Positions 51,419 to 61,575 of a stretch of DNA of 64,000 nt are shown in pieces (position 1 is the first letter of the stretch; every line of letters begins with the position of its first letter). Origin of the DNA: Octopus sinensis (taxonomy: Eukaryota); the NCBI RefSeq assembly GCF_006345805.1, contig NC_042998.1, positions 163,866,001 through 163,930,000 of the forward strand. Direction: 5' to 3'. The notes below the pieces were generated by a model that saw only the letters and a list, made by a program, of their open reading frames with translations, did no database searches and was not told where the DNA came from. The position numbers and the translations under genes are program-made.

Positions 51419-54400
51419 GTGTGTGTGCATTTGCATTTGTGTTTGTCCCTCTACCATTGCTTGACAACTGGTGTTGGTGTGTTTACATCCCCATAACTTA
51501 GTGGTTTGGCAATAGAAACTTATGGAATAAGTATCAGGCTTGACAAAAAAAATGTAATAAGTCGTGGGATTGATTAATTTGATTAAAAATTCTTCTAATG
51601 GCTGAAGCAAGTAAAAAATAAACGATATGTAATATAGCCAGGACTAAATTATTCAATGTGTTCTTTCAGTTTTAAGACTGTTGTGGTCTGCAGGAGATTC
51701 TGCTGCTTTCTCTAGTAGACTATGGTGCTTGTATATGAACAGCTATGCTACATGGCAGTGAAACATGGGCTGGACTGCTGAGGACATGTGAAGGTTTGAA
51801 AGAAAGGAAGCTAGTATGCTCCTTTGGATGGGTAATGTCAGTGTGCATATATGACAGTGTAAATGATTTGAGAGAAAAACTGGGTATACAGGGCATCAGA
51901 TGTAGTGTACAAGAGGGAAGGCTGTGATGGTATGGTCATGTTATGCGTACAGATGAGGGCATTGCATCAAGAAGTGCCAAGCTCTAATTGTGGAGGGAAC
52001 GTGTGGAAGAGGTAGTTCCAGGAAGAAGTAGGACAAAGTGGTAAGGAAGGATCTTCAGATGCTGGGTCTCACAGTGGGGATGGCAAGGAAACAAAACTTT
52101 TGGCGGTTTGCTGTGCTTGAGAAGACGTGTCAGTCTAAGTAAATATATGATTATCCTTGCATACAGGTATGTCCCTTGCATCTCTCTTCAGCTGAGCATT
52201 CCTAATCTTGCAAGCCTATGGGTACTGGTGCCACATAGAAAGCACTCATATTGATGCCATTTAAAAAGCTTCTATACCAGTTATGTAATGGGACCCAGTA
52301 CACTCTGTAAAGTGGTTGGTTTGAGGAAGGGCATCCAGCCATTGAAACCATGTCAAAACAGATATGGCACCTGGGCAGCTCTTCAGCTAGTCAGCTCCTG
52401 TCAAACTGTCCAACACATGCCAATATGGAAAATGGACGTTAAATGATGATGATGATGATGATTAACTGACTACATTAAAGTTCTCTCATTGGCTCATTTT
52501 GTTGAATATTTGGCTTACAGCAATGGGTTCAACTCTTATTTTAGTATTGAGTGGTTAATGTAAATAAATAGACAGATATTTTATTTGGCAGTCTGTTATT
52601 TGTTGTACTATTTTCAGTATCATCCTTTCTATTTTCTTTAGTCACCACTGCTATTCTCCTCCTCCTCCTCTTCCACCCCCTCATATTTTTTTTGTTATAT
52701 TAAAATTTGCCATGATATATAGATATTCTCTGGATAAAACAGTTGTCACTGCTGTTGTATATTGCAGGTGAGGCTGGCCTCTTACTGGGAAAAGTGGTGC
52801 CAGAACATGACATACCACTGTATAAAGGTAAAAAAGAAATGTCTGATGCCAAATTTGTGTTCAATGTTATGGAGGAAGGTGACAAATACTTCAACACTGG
52901 TGATCTTCTGTATTCAGACAATGACTACTTTCTTTACTTCAAAGACCGCATTGGTGACACTTTTAGGTAAGTCAGTAGTTTATCCACTCCATTGAACCTT
53001 GGAACTTAGATCAGAGCTGATGTTTTTAAGCAATGTTAACCCTTCAGTATTCAGATTACTCTATCAAATGTAGAGAGAGGCAGAAAAGAAAAGTGAAAGT
53101 CAAAAACAGTGGAGAAAAGTCATCAATGTGGTACACTCCATAGAAAGTGAAAGCACTTTATCTATTGATTCTTGAAGGATGAAAGGTAAATTTGACTTTA
53201 GAACATAAAAATCTGGAGAAAATGCTGCGAAGTATTTTGCCTGATGCTCTAATGTTAACCCACTACCATAAAATCATTATCATTTAATGTCCATTGTCCA
53301 TGCTGGCATGGATTGGATGGTTTGACCAGGACTGACAAGCTGGAAGGCTGCACCAGACTCCAGTCTGATCCGGAATGATTTCAATGGATGGATGCCCTTC
53401 CTAATGCTAACCACTCTGTTAGTGTAATGGGTTCTTTTATGTGCCACCAGCATGAGTGTCATGTGCATAACACCAGTATCTGTTATGACTCTGAATTCAC
53501 TTGGCTTGATGGGTCTTCTTCTCAAGCATGGCATAAGGCCAAAGGTCTCGGTCATTTGTCATTGTCTCTGTGAGGCCCAACACTCGTAAGGTGCTTTTGA
53601 CCTTACGAGAGATGAGAAAAATAAGTCAAGACCTGGGGTTGATGTAATTGACTAACCCCCTCCCCACAAAAAATTATGGCCTTGTACCTGTAGTAGAAAT
53701 AACTAATGAGCTACTTAAAAAATTAACTGATTATATTTTAATAATACAATTGCAATATGGAAGGTTTTATAAGCCATTTAAGAAATATACAAAAACCGTT
53801 AGATTCACTTCAACATTTAAATTTAAGTTGCCAACAGGTTGTGGTATCAAAGCGATGAAAATATTTTGGCAAATTAAATTAATTGTTGAATTGAATCTAA
53901 CGGTTTTTGTGTGTTTCTTAAATGGCTTATAGACACCTTCCATGCTGTAATTGTTTTCGTTTCAGCACATGATCTCAGATCAGGTCACTTGCTATGCAAG
54001 TACATCTCCGTAATTTTAATAAGTTAACAAAACAGGTTTTTACATAATACTAATATTTGGGCCATTGTTGCTTATAAAACCAAGTTATTTAGTAATTTGT
54101 TTGACATCATACCTTTTCTACTAGTCTTTTTGCCATATTTTTTTTTCTGCAGATGGAAAGGAGAGAATATTTCTACATTAGATGTTGCTAACGTTATTAG
54201 AAGCCTAGATTTCATAGAAGATGCTAATGTATATGGCGTTAAAGTTCCAGGTGAGTAAACCTTCTTAAAAACTATCTTCAATATCCACTCTTTCATGATA
54301 AGTGAGAATTAGGGAATTTATTTGATATTTTTAGCTTTTCTTTCATGTTAAATGATCAGAGATTAAAAAATATGTAATACTATAATATCTATGTTAGGTT

Positions 54401-56738
54401 TCAATTGCTGTGATCCCAGATCTTCTATTGTTATTTAGCCAGTCCTGCTCTAATCAAGTGGACCATTAATCAAAAGCACTCTAGCCATTGCAACCCTATC
54501 TTTTATTCCAAACTTAGTGTACCTATGTTCACTTTATCCAATGATCCATTCTTTTTAAAGATAACAGCTTGTGATTTAAGGGAGATATTGTGGTTGTTTC
54601 TAGCAGGTTGAGTGACCTCATGGAAGCTCTTTGTTGGTTTGTTCAAGTATCTTAATATTGGATGTGTGCATTGTATTTTCATCATTTCGAGAACCTCTTC
54701 TTGGTCACATGACTAACTAAATCACCATTAGATCTCACCCTGCTATGTTAAAAAAAGAAATACACTTTAGATATGTTTCTAGGCACTTTGTCTGGAAAAG
54801 GCAAAAATAAAAAATCATTTGATCATAGGCTATATGGAACTTTGGGTAAGTGTCTTCCCTGAGCTAACCAATACCTTGTGAGTGAATTTGGTAGATGGAA
54901 ACTGTGCAGAATTCTATTTTCTCTCCAGTGTTTTATCTGTTTCTTTCAACACTTCCCCCTATCTATCTGTCCCCCCTCTCTTTTTACTTTTATATTTCTT
55001 CCTTTGTCCACCTTTGTCAGCTGTTAACCCTTTTTGTTACGATATTTCTGTTGAGATGTTCTGTGTTTGTTTCAATTGATTTTAAACATAACAAAGAATT
55101 AAGTAAAATAACTTAGCTATCATTAAGCTAATGTTAGGAATATAAATTGTGACTAAGGTTTGGTGGAAAATTTTAATTCAGAACTTATAAAAACAAAACA
55201 TTTGTACTGCAGAGCCAGAGACAGATTCCTCTCTCCCTTTCTCTCTCCTCTCTCTCTTTCTCTCTCCTCTCTCTCTTTCTCTTCCCACATTCCATCTTTC
55301 TTCATATCTGTCCTATTCTAACTATCTCTACTCCTTCTTTTGTTTCGTCTATCCTTACCTTACTATTTCTTCTCTATGTATGTCTGTCTCCCACTTTCTC
55401 ATTCTCTGTCTTTCTCTCTACCATTCATTGCCAGCTCTTTCTCTCCTCTCCCATAACCATTATCGTTCAGATTACACTAACAAATGTAATTCTTATTTAT
55501 TCATACTGTTTTGAATTAATCAGGCATTGTCTTGTAGCTTCAAGATTTTAGTTATGTTATAGTTTACTTTTAGAATGACGTAGAATAGGTGTGCTGGGTC
55601 AGATCAGACTGGTTTGAACATAAAACAAGGTAAAATATTTGAGTCAAATATGGCTGGTTTAAACACCAAAAGGTTAAAGGTATCACATTACATCCTGTTT
55701 CTTAAATCACTCACCTTTTTCTCAGCCTGACCACACACTTGGGTCTTTTTCAGTTCCTGTCATAGCATTTACTTCAGCTCTTGGTTTGTCTTGTTCATAT
55801 ATTTTTCCTATTAACATTACTTTTGTATAAGTCTTAATTTTGTCATATAGTGAACAGGGATTAATCTTCTCTCTTTGCTCTTTTGCACCACATGGGCTCA
55901 ACTCTCCTCTCCTCTTCATCTAATCCTCCTTCTCTCTTCATCTAACCTTCCTCCCCTCTCCTCTCTTCCTCTCACACTTACTTTCTCTCACCCATCTCTC
56001 TTCTCTTGCTCCAACTCCTACTTCTTCTCTTCACTCCTGCCCTCTTTCTCTCTTCTCTTCATTCCTACCTACCTTCTCTCTTCCCCCTCTCCCTTCATCA
56101 TCACCCCTCCCTCGTAACCCCACCCCTACACAATCCAACCCCACCTTCCCTATCCATTTCATCCCATCCCTTACACTACTTCCACATACTCCACCTCTAT
56201 CCCCACCCTCATCCTAATCCGCACTCCATCCTTGCTTTCCCCATTCTCACCTCCCCCACATCCCAACACCACCACACCACACCACTCACCACCACACCAC
56301 ACATCACCATACCACACCACATTACATCACACCACAACGCACACACTAGTACTCACCACTTCTCAGCACCCACACCATTATCCTCACACCTACACATGCA
56401 CACATGCACGTGTCAAGGTCACCAGCCCTCATGCATATACGGGCTCTCTTATACACATGCATGTGCACCTTCGTTTTGGGATCACCACTACTTTATTATC
56501 TCCCCTTCTTCCTAGCTCTCCTGTGTGACTCCTCTGTCTGGCATTCACCATGATAGATCGCTAGCCACTACACATTCTTAATTTTCTCTCCCTGTTTCTT
56601 TCTGTGTTCCTTTTTGTGGAAGAGAGTAGGCTCGAAACATTAAAGACTTTTTCACTTCCCGAGCATTGAACTAATACATCTGTTTTTTTTTTTGTCTACA
56701 CCGCCTGTCTTCGTCTTTTGTTTTTTTTTGTGAATTCT

Positions 56739-56782
<44 letters not shown>

Positions 56783-57839
56783 TATATTCTTTTATTCTTT
56801 TATTTTGTTTCAGTCATTTGACTGAGGCCATGCTGCCTTTAGTCGAACAAACTGACCCCAGGACTTATTCTTTGTAAGCCTAGTACTTATTCTATCAGTT
56901 TCTTTTACTGAACTGCTCAGTTACAAGGATGTAAACACACCAGCATTGGTTGTCAAGTGATAGTGGGGGGACAAACACAGACATAAAAAACACACACACA
57001 TGTGTATACGATGGGCTTCTTTCAGTTTCCATCTACCAAATCCACTCACAAGGCTTTGGTCGGCCAGAGGCTATAGTAGAAGACATTTGCCTAAGGTGCC
57101 ACACAGTGCGACTAAGCTTGGAACCATGCGGTTTGTAAGCAAGCTACTTATATATATATATATAAAATAGTTGTATTATTTATTATTTGTTTATGTTTTC
57201 ATTACCATTCTTTTGTATTTCATATATTTTCCTGTTGTTCTCATAAATCATCCTTTTTGCTGTTCGGTCCACAGATGCCATCTCTTTTTGTACTTTTTCA
57301 TTCTGATATTCATGTTTTCTCGTCTATATCCCAGCAACATTTTACCATTGACACCAGCAAATTAATAATATCACAAATTATAGCATCAAAATTGTGATGA
57401 CTTTTAGTTGATAATTGATGAAGGACGAGCATATCCATGTGCTTTGTGTATTTCATCTTGTTTTTTTTTTTGATGTTCCTTCATACCTTTCCATGCACCT
57501 GTGTCTGTGTGTGTTCAGCCTTATGCATGTGTGTAACTGTGTTTGTGTTTATTATCATTGCTCCCTTTCTGTTTGACAACTGGTGTTGATTTGTTTATGA
57601 GTCTGTAAATTAGTAGTTCAGCAAAGGAAACTGATGGAATAAGTAACACACTTAAAATGAAACACAAAACAATAAAATACATGAGTAGCTGTGTGGTAAG
57701 AACCATGCTTCCCAACTACATGGTTCTGAGTTCAGTCCCACTGTGTGGCACCTTAGGCAAGTGTCTTCTACTATAGCCTGGGGCTGACCAAAGTCATGTG
57801 AGTGGATTTTTATAGATGGAAACTGAAAGAAGCCCGTTG

Positions 57840-57873
<34 letters not shown>

Positions 57874-58591
57874 TATATATGTATGTATGTATTTGTGTGT
57901 TTGTGTTTGTTTCCCCACCATCATTTGACAGCCAGTGTTGGTGTGTTTACATTCCTGTAACTTAGCTGTTTGGCAAAATAGAACTATAGAATAAGTACTA
58001 GGTTTACAAAGAATAATTCATAGGATTGATCTGTTTGACTAAAGGTAGTGCTCTAGCATGGCCGCAATCAAATAACTGAAACAAGTAAAAGAGTAAAAAG
58101 AGTAAAGTGTATGTACTGGGAGTGATTTGTGGTGTTCAAGCATGGCCTCGGTCCAGTGACTGAAATGCATAAAAGGTAAGAGTTAGGCTGCTCAATTGGT
58201 GCTAGTTTGGGGTTATACAATATAAACAACAACTACAAGCATTTGGTTCATTGATTTATCTTTTCTTATCTCAGGTCATGGTGGCAGAGCTGGTATGGCA
58301 TCTCTAAAATTATATGATGGAATTAATATGACTAATGAGCGGTTTAGAAAGATATATGATTATTGTAAGAGGAACCTTATATCTCATGCAGTACCGCTAT
58401 TTTTGCGAATACAAGACAATATGGAACTATCTGGAACATTCAAGCAGCAGAAGAAAAAGCTCCAAGAAGAGGGTTTTGATCCTAGTGTTGTCACCGATTC
58501 ATTATATTATATTGACCATTCCATGCAGACTTACTTACCTTTGACAGAAAATATGTTTAAGAATATTAATTTTAAGAAAAGTAAATTATAG
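28423..58591 (+). CDS. SLC27A: SLC27A/FATP-family (very-)long-chain acyl-CoA synthetase, 10 coding exons, 636 aa; paralog not assignable by eye
   Basis: Exons 28423-28807, 37168-37278, 38706-38930, 43627-43785, 46253-46377, 48673-48864, 50148-50247, 52768-52966, 54153-54250, 58275-58591. All introns are GT-AG and phases match (1,1,1,1,0,0,1,2,1); total 1911 nt = 636 aa + stop. Motifs: [12 protein letters not shown] (AMP-binding P-loop), [29 protein letters not shown] (FATP signature), ELSGTFKQ. Confidence 0.95.
28900..30320 (-). mobile_element. Decayed R4/Dong-like RLE LINE, 3' part
   Basis: ORF remnants KYLGILQ (RT thumb), [38 protein letters not shown]...IPIIVGSL...[13 protein letters not shown]. 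Confidence 0.8.
30380..30795 (-). mobile_element. Short 3' fragment of an R4/Dong-like RLE LINE
   Basis: [36 protein letters not shown]...IPIIVGALG; abuts an (ATT)n tract. Confidence 0.8.
32421..32546 (+). other. Probable 3' end of rDNA ITS2 captured with the 28S fragment
   Basis: GC-rich sequence continuous with the 28S start; sharp composition break against LINE sequence at 32420/32421. Confidence 0.65.
32547..34020 (+). pseudogene. 28S rRNA 5' fragment (about D1-D3), isolated intronic copy
   Basis: Conserved LSU motifs: ACCCGCCGAACTTAAGCATAT, CGATAGCCGACAAGTACCGCGAGGGAAAGTTGAAAAGAAC, GACCCGTCTTGAAACAC, TCTAGTAGCTGGTTCCCTCCGAAGTTTCCCTCAGGATAGC. Ends abruptly at 34020. Confidence 0.95.
35675..36124. 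mobile_element. piggyBac-type MITE (AACCCTTTAGCATT...AATGCTAAAGGGTTAA family) carrying a nested SINE
   Basis: Terminal inverted motifs; nested SINE with TSD-like TGAGATAATGYATAATT; related pieces near 13720, 27000-27200, 53035, 55460-55680. Confidence 0.55.
36490..36945 (-). mobile_element. RTE LINE RT fragment
   Basis: [10 protein letters not shown]...[10 protein letters not shown]...ELLYADD; same family as 22004-25010. Confidence 0.9.
37168..37278 (+). CDS. SLC27A: SLC27A coding exon 2 ([37 protein letters not shown]); absent from the ORF track
   Basis: ttttattttgcAG acceptor, GTAAGC donor at 37279, 111 nt, phase 1/1; matches the FATP G...ALINxN segment. Confidence 0.9.
38706..38930 (+). 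CDS. SLC27A: SLC27A coding exon 3 (ends YIYTSGTTG)
   Basis: tttcAG acceptor, GTAAAT donor at 38931; first half of the AMP-binding motif. Confidence 0.93.
40140..40553 (-). mobile_element. Helitron Rep/helicase N-terminal fragment with 23-aa repeats
   Basis: [23 protein letters not shown] repeated, then AFRYDP...C.FCKAL, typical of Helitron N-termini. Confidence 0.65.
40602..41495 (-). mobile_element. Mariner transposon, internally deleted
   Basis: Long TIRs (…TGATCAATAAGTATCCGGACTGTTGC…), TA on both sides (40600-40601, 41496-41497); HTH remnants [18 protein letters not shown] and TIRELSED...KFVPQLL. Confidence 0.9.
42800..43570. repeat. Compound (GATA)n/(GATTGATAGGCA) satellite
   Basis: ~770 bp of GATA variants ending ~55 nt before the exon 4 acceptor. 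Confidence 0.95.
43627..43785 (+). CDS. SLC27A: SLC27A coding exon 4 ([10 protein letters not shown]...PFYHTSG...IYAG)
   Basis: tttaaAG acceptor, GTAAGT donor at 43786; completes TSGTTGLPK. Confidence 0.93.
45900..46236. repeat. Mosaic trinucleotide repeats (TAC, CAT, CGT, CAA, ACC)
   Basis: Runs up to the polypyrimidine tract of exon 5. Confidence 0.9.
46253..46377 (+). CDS. SLC27A: SLC27A coding exon 5 ([18 protein letters not shown]...[14 protein letters not shown])
   Basis: cttcacAG acceptor, GTAAGA donor at 46378; KFSAS.FW and YIGELCR are FATP motifs. Confidence 0.93.
47942..48280 (+). mobile_element. tRNA-derived SINE family C (GGTGCATGGCTCAGTGGTTAGAG...TTGAGCAAGACACTT)
   Basis: A/B-box-like head; other copies near 19395-19705, 25975-26460, 26563-26815, 39030-39270. 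Confidence 0.8.
48673..48864 (+). CDS. SLC27A: SLC27A coding exon 6 ([17 protein letters not shown]...YGATEGN...[10 protein letters not shown])
   Basis: tttcAG acceptor, GTAAGT donor at 48865, 192 nt, phase 0/0. Confidence 0.92.
49616..49845. repeat. (TCTG)n/(TCTA)n/(TCCG)n tetranucleotide repeat
   Basis: Direct inspection. Confidence 0.95.
50148..50247 (+). CDS. SLC27A: SLC27A coding exon 7 ([34 protein letters not shown]); absent from the ORF track
   Basis: tttcctgtAG acceptor, GTAAAT donor at 50248; LVKYD...P.R...G.C is a FATP segment. Confidence 0.9.
51720..52462 (+). mobile_element. RTE LINE 3' fragment with UTR and (GAT)n tail
   Basis: [35 protein letters not shown]; (GAT)n at 52443-52462. 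Confidence 0.8.
52768..52966 (+). CDS. SLC27A: SLC27A coding exon 8 (GEAGLLLGK...FNTGDLL...DRIGDTFR)
   Basis: ttgcAG acceptor, GTAAGT donor at 52967, phase 1/2. Confidence 0.95.
54153..54250 (+). CDS. SLC27A: SLC27A coding exon 9 ([33 protein letters not shown]); absent from the ORF track
   Basis: ttttttctgcAG acceptor, GTGAGT donor at 54251; completes FRWKGEN and VYGV.VPG. Confidence 0.95.
58275..58591 (+). CDS. SLC27A: SLC27A coding exon 10 ([10 protein letters not shown]...ELSGTFKQ...KKSKL*)
   Basis: cttatctcAG acceptor; GRAGMA and TFK motifs; TAG at 58589-58591. Confidence 0.95.
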
Positions 58592-58747
58592 TGTATTTTA
58601 TTATTATTATATTATTATTATTATTTTTTTTGTTTTTGGTTTCTTTTCATTTTAAAATTCAGAAGAACTCGTATGTTGGTGGGACATTATAAAAAGATGA
58701 ATAAGAATTTCATTAAAATAATAGGTAAAAGCATAAACACTTTTAGT

Positions 58748-58753
58748 AATAAA
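58748..58753 (+). terminator. Candidate polyadenylation signal for SLC27A
   Basis: AATAAA about 160 nt after the stop, followed by a GU-rich tract (tatgtatgtgtgtgtg). Confidence 0.45.
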
Positions 58754-58815
58754 AACGCAATTATATGTATGTGTGTGTGTGTGCATGTACATATATGTAT
58801 ATGTATGTATATGTA

Positions 58816-60411
58816 ATCAAGTGGCCAAAATTAGAGAATGAAAATAAGAAATAAAGATATTTACATTTCTACTTCATGTTTCCGAAGGTGATATTTACTT
58901 TCTTACTTCGAAGTATGTTCATCATTTACAATAAATTTTGTAGGAAGTAATTAATAACTAAATAATTTATAATAGAAAAAAATTGTTTATTTGAAAAATA
59001 CAAGATAGACAAAGTTAGAGAATGTAAAATTCAAGAAATCAAAATTTTGCCAGAAAATTTTGTAATTTTGTAATCCACATCAGTATATTAATAAGATCCT
59101 TTATTTTTAATGACTTTAGCACATCTCTGTCCACAGGATTTGACCAATTTCTCACTTTGTTCTGATGTAATTTTATTCCATTCTTCCTATAGTTTTTCCC
59201 ACAAAATTGTAACATTTGCAGGTCGGTGCTCTCTGATCATATCACCAAGTATCTACCATAAATTTTTAATGAGATTAAGGTCAGGACTCTGAGCTGGTCA
59301 ACACATCACAGTAATGTTTTCAGCTTCAAATGCCTCCTTAACTATTTTAGCACTATGACATGACACATTATCCTGCCTAAAGATTGGCTGAGGAATTGGA
59401 GATGACTTCATAGCTAGCACAACATGCAGCAGAATGATGTTTTTGTATATGACTGCATTTACATTTCCATGGATCTGGATCAAAGGCTCAACACCTGCTG
59501 CAGAAATCATTCCTCACACTATTAAACCCATGCCTCCAAACTTCACTGATTTCTTCATGCATTTAAGGAACACTCTTTCACTTTTACAACATCTCACATA
59601 CTGTCTACCATTGGAGCTAACCAAATTGAACTTGCTTTCATCATTAAAGAACACATGACCAGTTGTCATCTGTCCAAAGTATATGTTTGTTGGCAAAGAC
59701 TAACCTTGCTCTTTGGTTCTTCATACAGATGAGAGTTTTAATGGTGGAGGAACAGGCATGGAGTCTGATTTCCTTCAAACAACAAGCCACAGTCTTCCAA
59801 AACCCATTCATTCCATAATCACGATTTACTTGAAAAATTCCTGCCGCAGTGTTGAAACAGCTTCTTAACGACAGCCTCTGAATCACATGGTCTTACCAAA
59901 CACTTGTTTTCTGTGGTCTTCCTTATTTTTTTAATGACACAAACGAACTTGTTTCTTCATAAAGCTAGAGTGTTCTTGAAACAACACTCTTCAATTTGTT
60001 ACTGTCTCTGGCAATAGCAGAAATTGTAATTCCTTCTTTTTACAATGTGACAGCTTGCTTCCTATGGCTTTCATCAAATTTACATTGGTTGTCCATGGTT
60101 GTTAATTCACTACTGTTCAATATAATTCTTCACACTGTTAGGTCAACTTAGTTTATATTGGTTGGAGTATTGTCAGGTTTTATGTTTTCACTTTCATGTC
60201 ATATGTCCTCTAATTTTGTCCATCTTGTATTTTTCAAATAAGCATTTTCTCTATTGCAAATTATTTAGTCATTAATCGCTTCCTACAAAATTTATTGCTA
60301 ATAATGAACATACTTTAGAGCACATACAGTAAAAATCCCATTTGGTAAAATTAAGTAGAAAAGTTAATGTCTTTAAATTTTACTTTCGTTCTCTAATTTT
60401 GGCCACTACTG
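58816..60411 (-). mobile_element. Tc1-like transposon, full length but decayed
   Basis: TIRs ...AGTGGCCAAAATTAGAGAA; TA flanks (58814-58815, 60412-60413); catalytic segments FNDESKFNL, QDN, PAQSPDLNLIKNLW. Confidence 0.9.
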
Positions 60412-60423
60412 TATGTACGTATA

Positions 60424-60458
<35 letters not shown>

Positions 60459-60535
60459 AGTTGAAGTGTGTTCTGTAAAGAACATATAAGAGTACAAACA
60501 GAACTTGTACTTACTCTTCCATTTGACTCTTTTAC

Positions 60536-60579
<44 letters not shown>

Positions 60580-61046
60580 GAAAAATGCATTGTAAATAAA
60601 CAATGACAGATAAAAAACATATACGTATAAGACACAGATTGTCCCTAATTTTTATCATTTATCAACTTGAATGGTAATACTCAGTTTCGCACCTTTATAT
60701 ATATATATATAGATAGATAGAGAGAGGTGTGAAACTGGGTATTACCATATATATATATATATCTATATATATATGTAATATACACACACACACACACACA
60801 CATATTAATGTAAGATTCAGGGATCAAGGTGTAGGAAGAAAGTTACCTTCGAGCAATCTGTGGTGAATATTAAAAAACAACTTTCAGGAATAATAGTGGT
60901 TTATTGAGACGGAAGATTGTGGATTTTTTTCTTTTATTGAAAAATGATGTGTGGAAAAAATGTTCTTTTTATATTTCTCAGTAGACAACTAGGGTTACCA
61001 AATGTGAAAAAGAATACAAGAGTTACGGAGTAGAGTATGGGAAATC

Positions 61047-61133
61047 TGGGCTACATATGTTTCATAGCAAGTGGAACCTCAGAAGTGGTAAGACCTAAGT
61101 GAGGTGTATACCACCGGCTACTCTTCAGGCCAA
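61047..61133 (-). ncRNA. Type I hammerhead motif with extended stem II
   Basis: Minus strand: TTGGC-CTGAAGA-GTAGC...GCTAT-GAAA-CATATG-TA-GCCCA; stem III palindrome ACATATGT; GUA triplet. Confidence 0.75.
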
Positions 61134-61309
61134 GGATATCTTAGTTAGATTAAAGGCTACATTGTCACAAGGAGGTACATCTGCTGCTGTTCATCTGAAA
61201 GGAGGTACATGTTGATGCAGGGACACTGAATCAGAATGTCATTCTGTTTGAATCCTCTCTGTGTCAATATGTACCTCCTTTCAGATGAACTGCAGCAGTT
61301 TCTATGGTA

Positions 61310-61575
61310 AAAAGAAACCATAGTATTGTTGGGAATAGATGGACTTATCCACAATCTTGAGGTTTACACTGGTGCAATTAGAATATGTCTAAATCAACCA
61401 GAAATAAAAGCCTCTGGAAATATTGTGATGTTTTTGCTGAAAAATATACCAAGAAACAAATGGTACAAACTGTATTTTGACAATTGGTACACAAGTGTTG
61501 ATCTTGTAAAGACCCTACATGAACAGGGTATAGCATGTGTTGGTACAGTGCATGCAAATTGTTACCGGTGAATTG
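61310..61575 (+). mobile_element. piggyBac transposase fragment (PGBD-like)
   Basis: LEVYTG...SGNIV...KLYFDNWYTS...GIACVGTV. Confidence 0.85.

Noticed and set aside
55200-56520. Pro/His/Ser/Leu-rich ORFs
   Set aside because: Pyrimidine-rich low-complexity intron sequence, no domain
56609-56647. Hammerhead-like remnant (TGTGGA-AGAGAGTAGGCTC-GAAACATT)
   Set aside because: Lacks CUGA, and stems II and III are broken; cannot be supported without a family consensus
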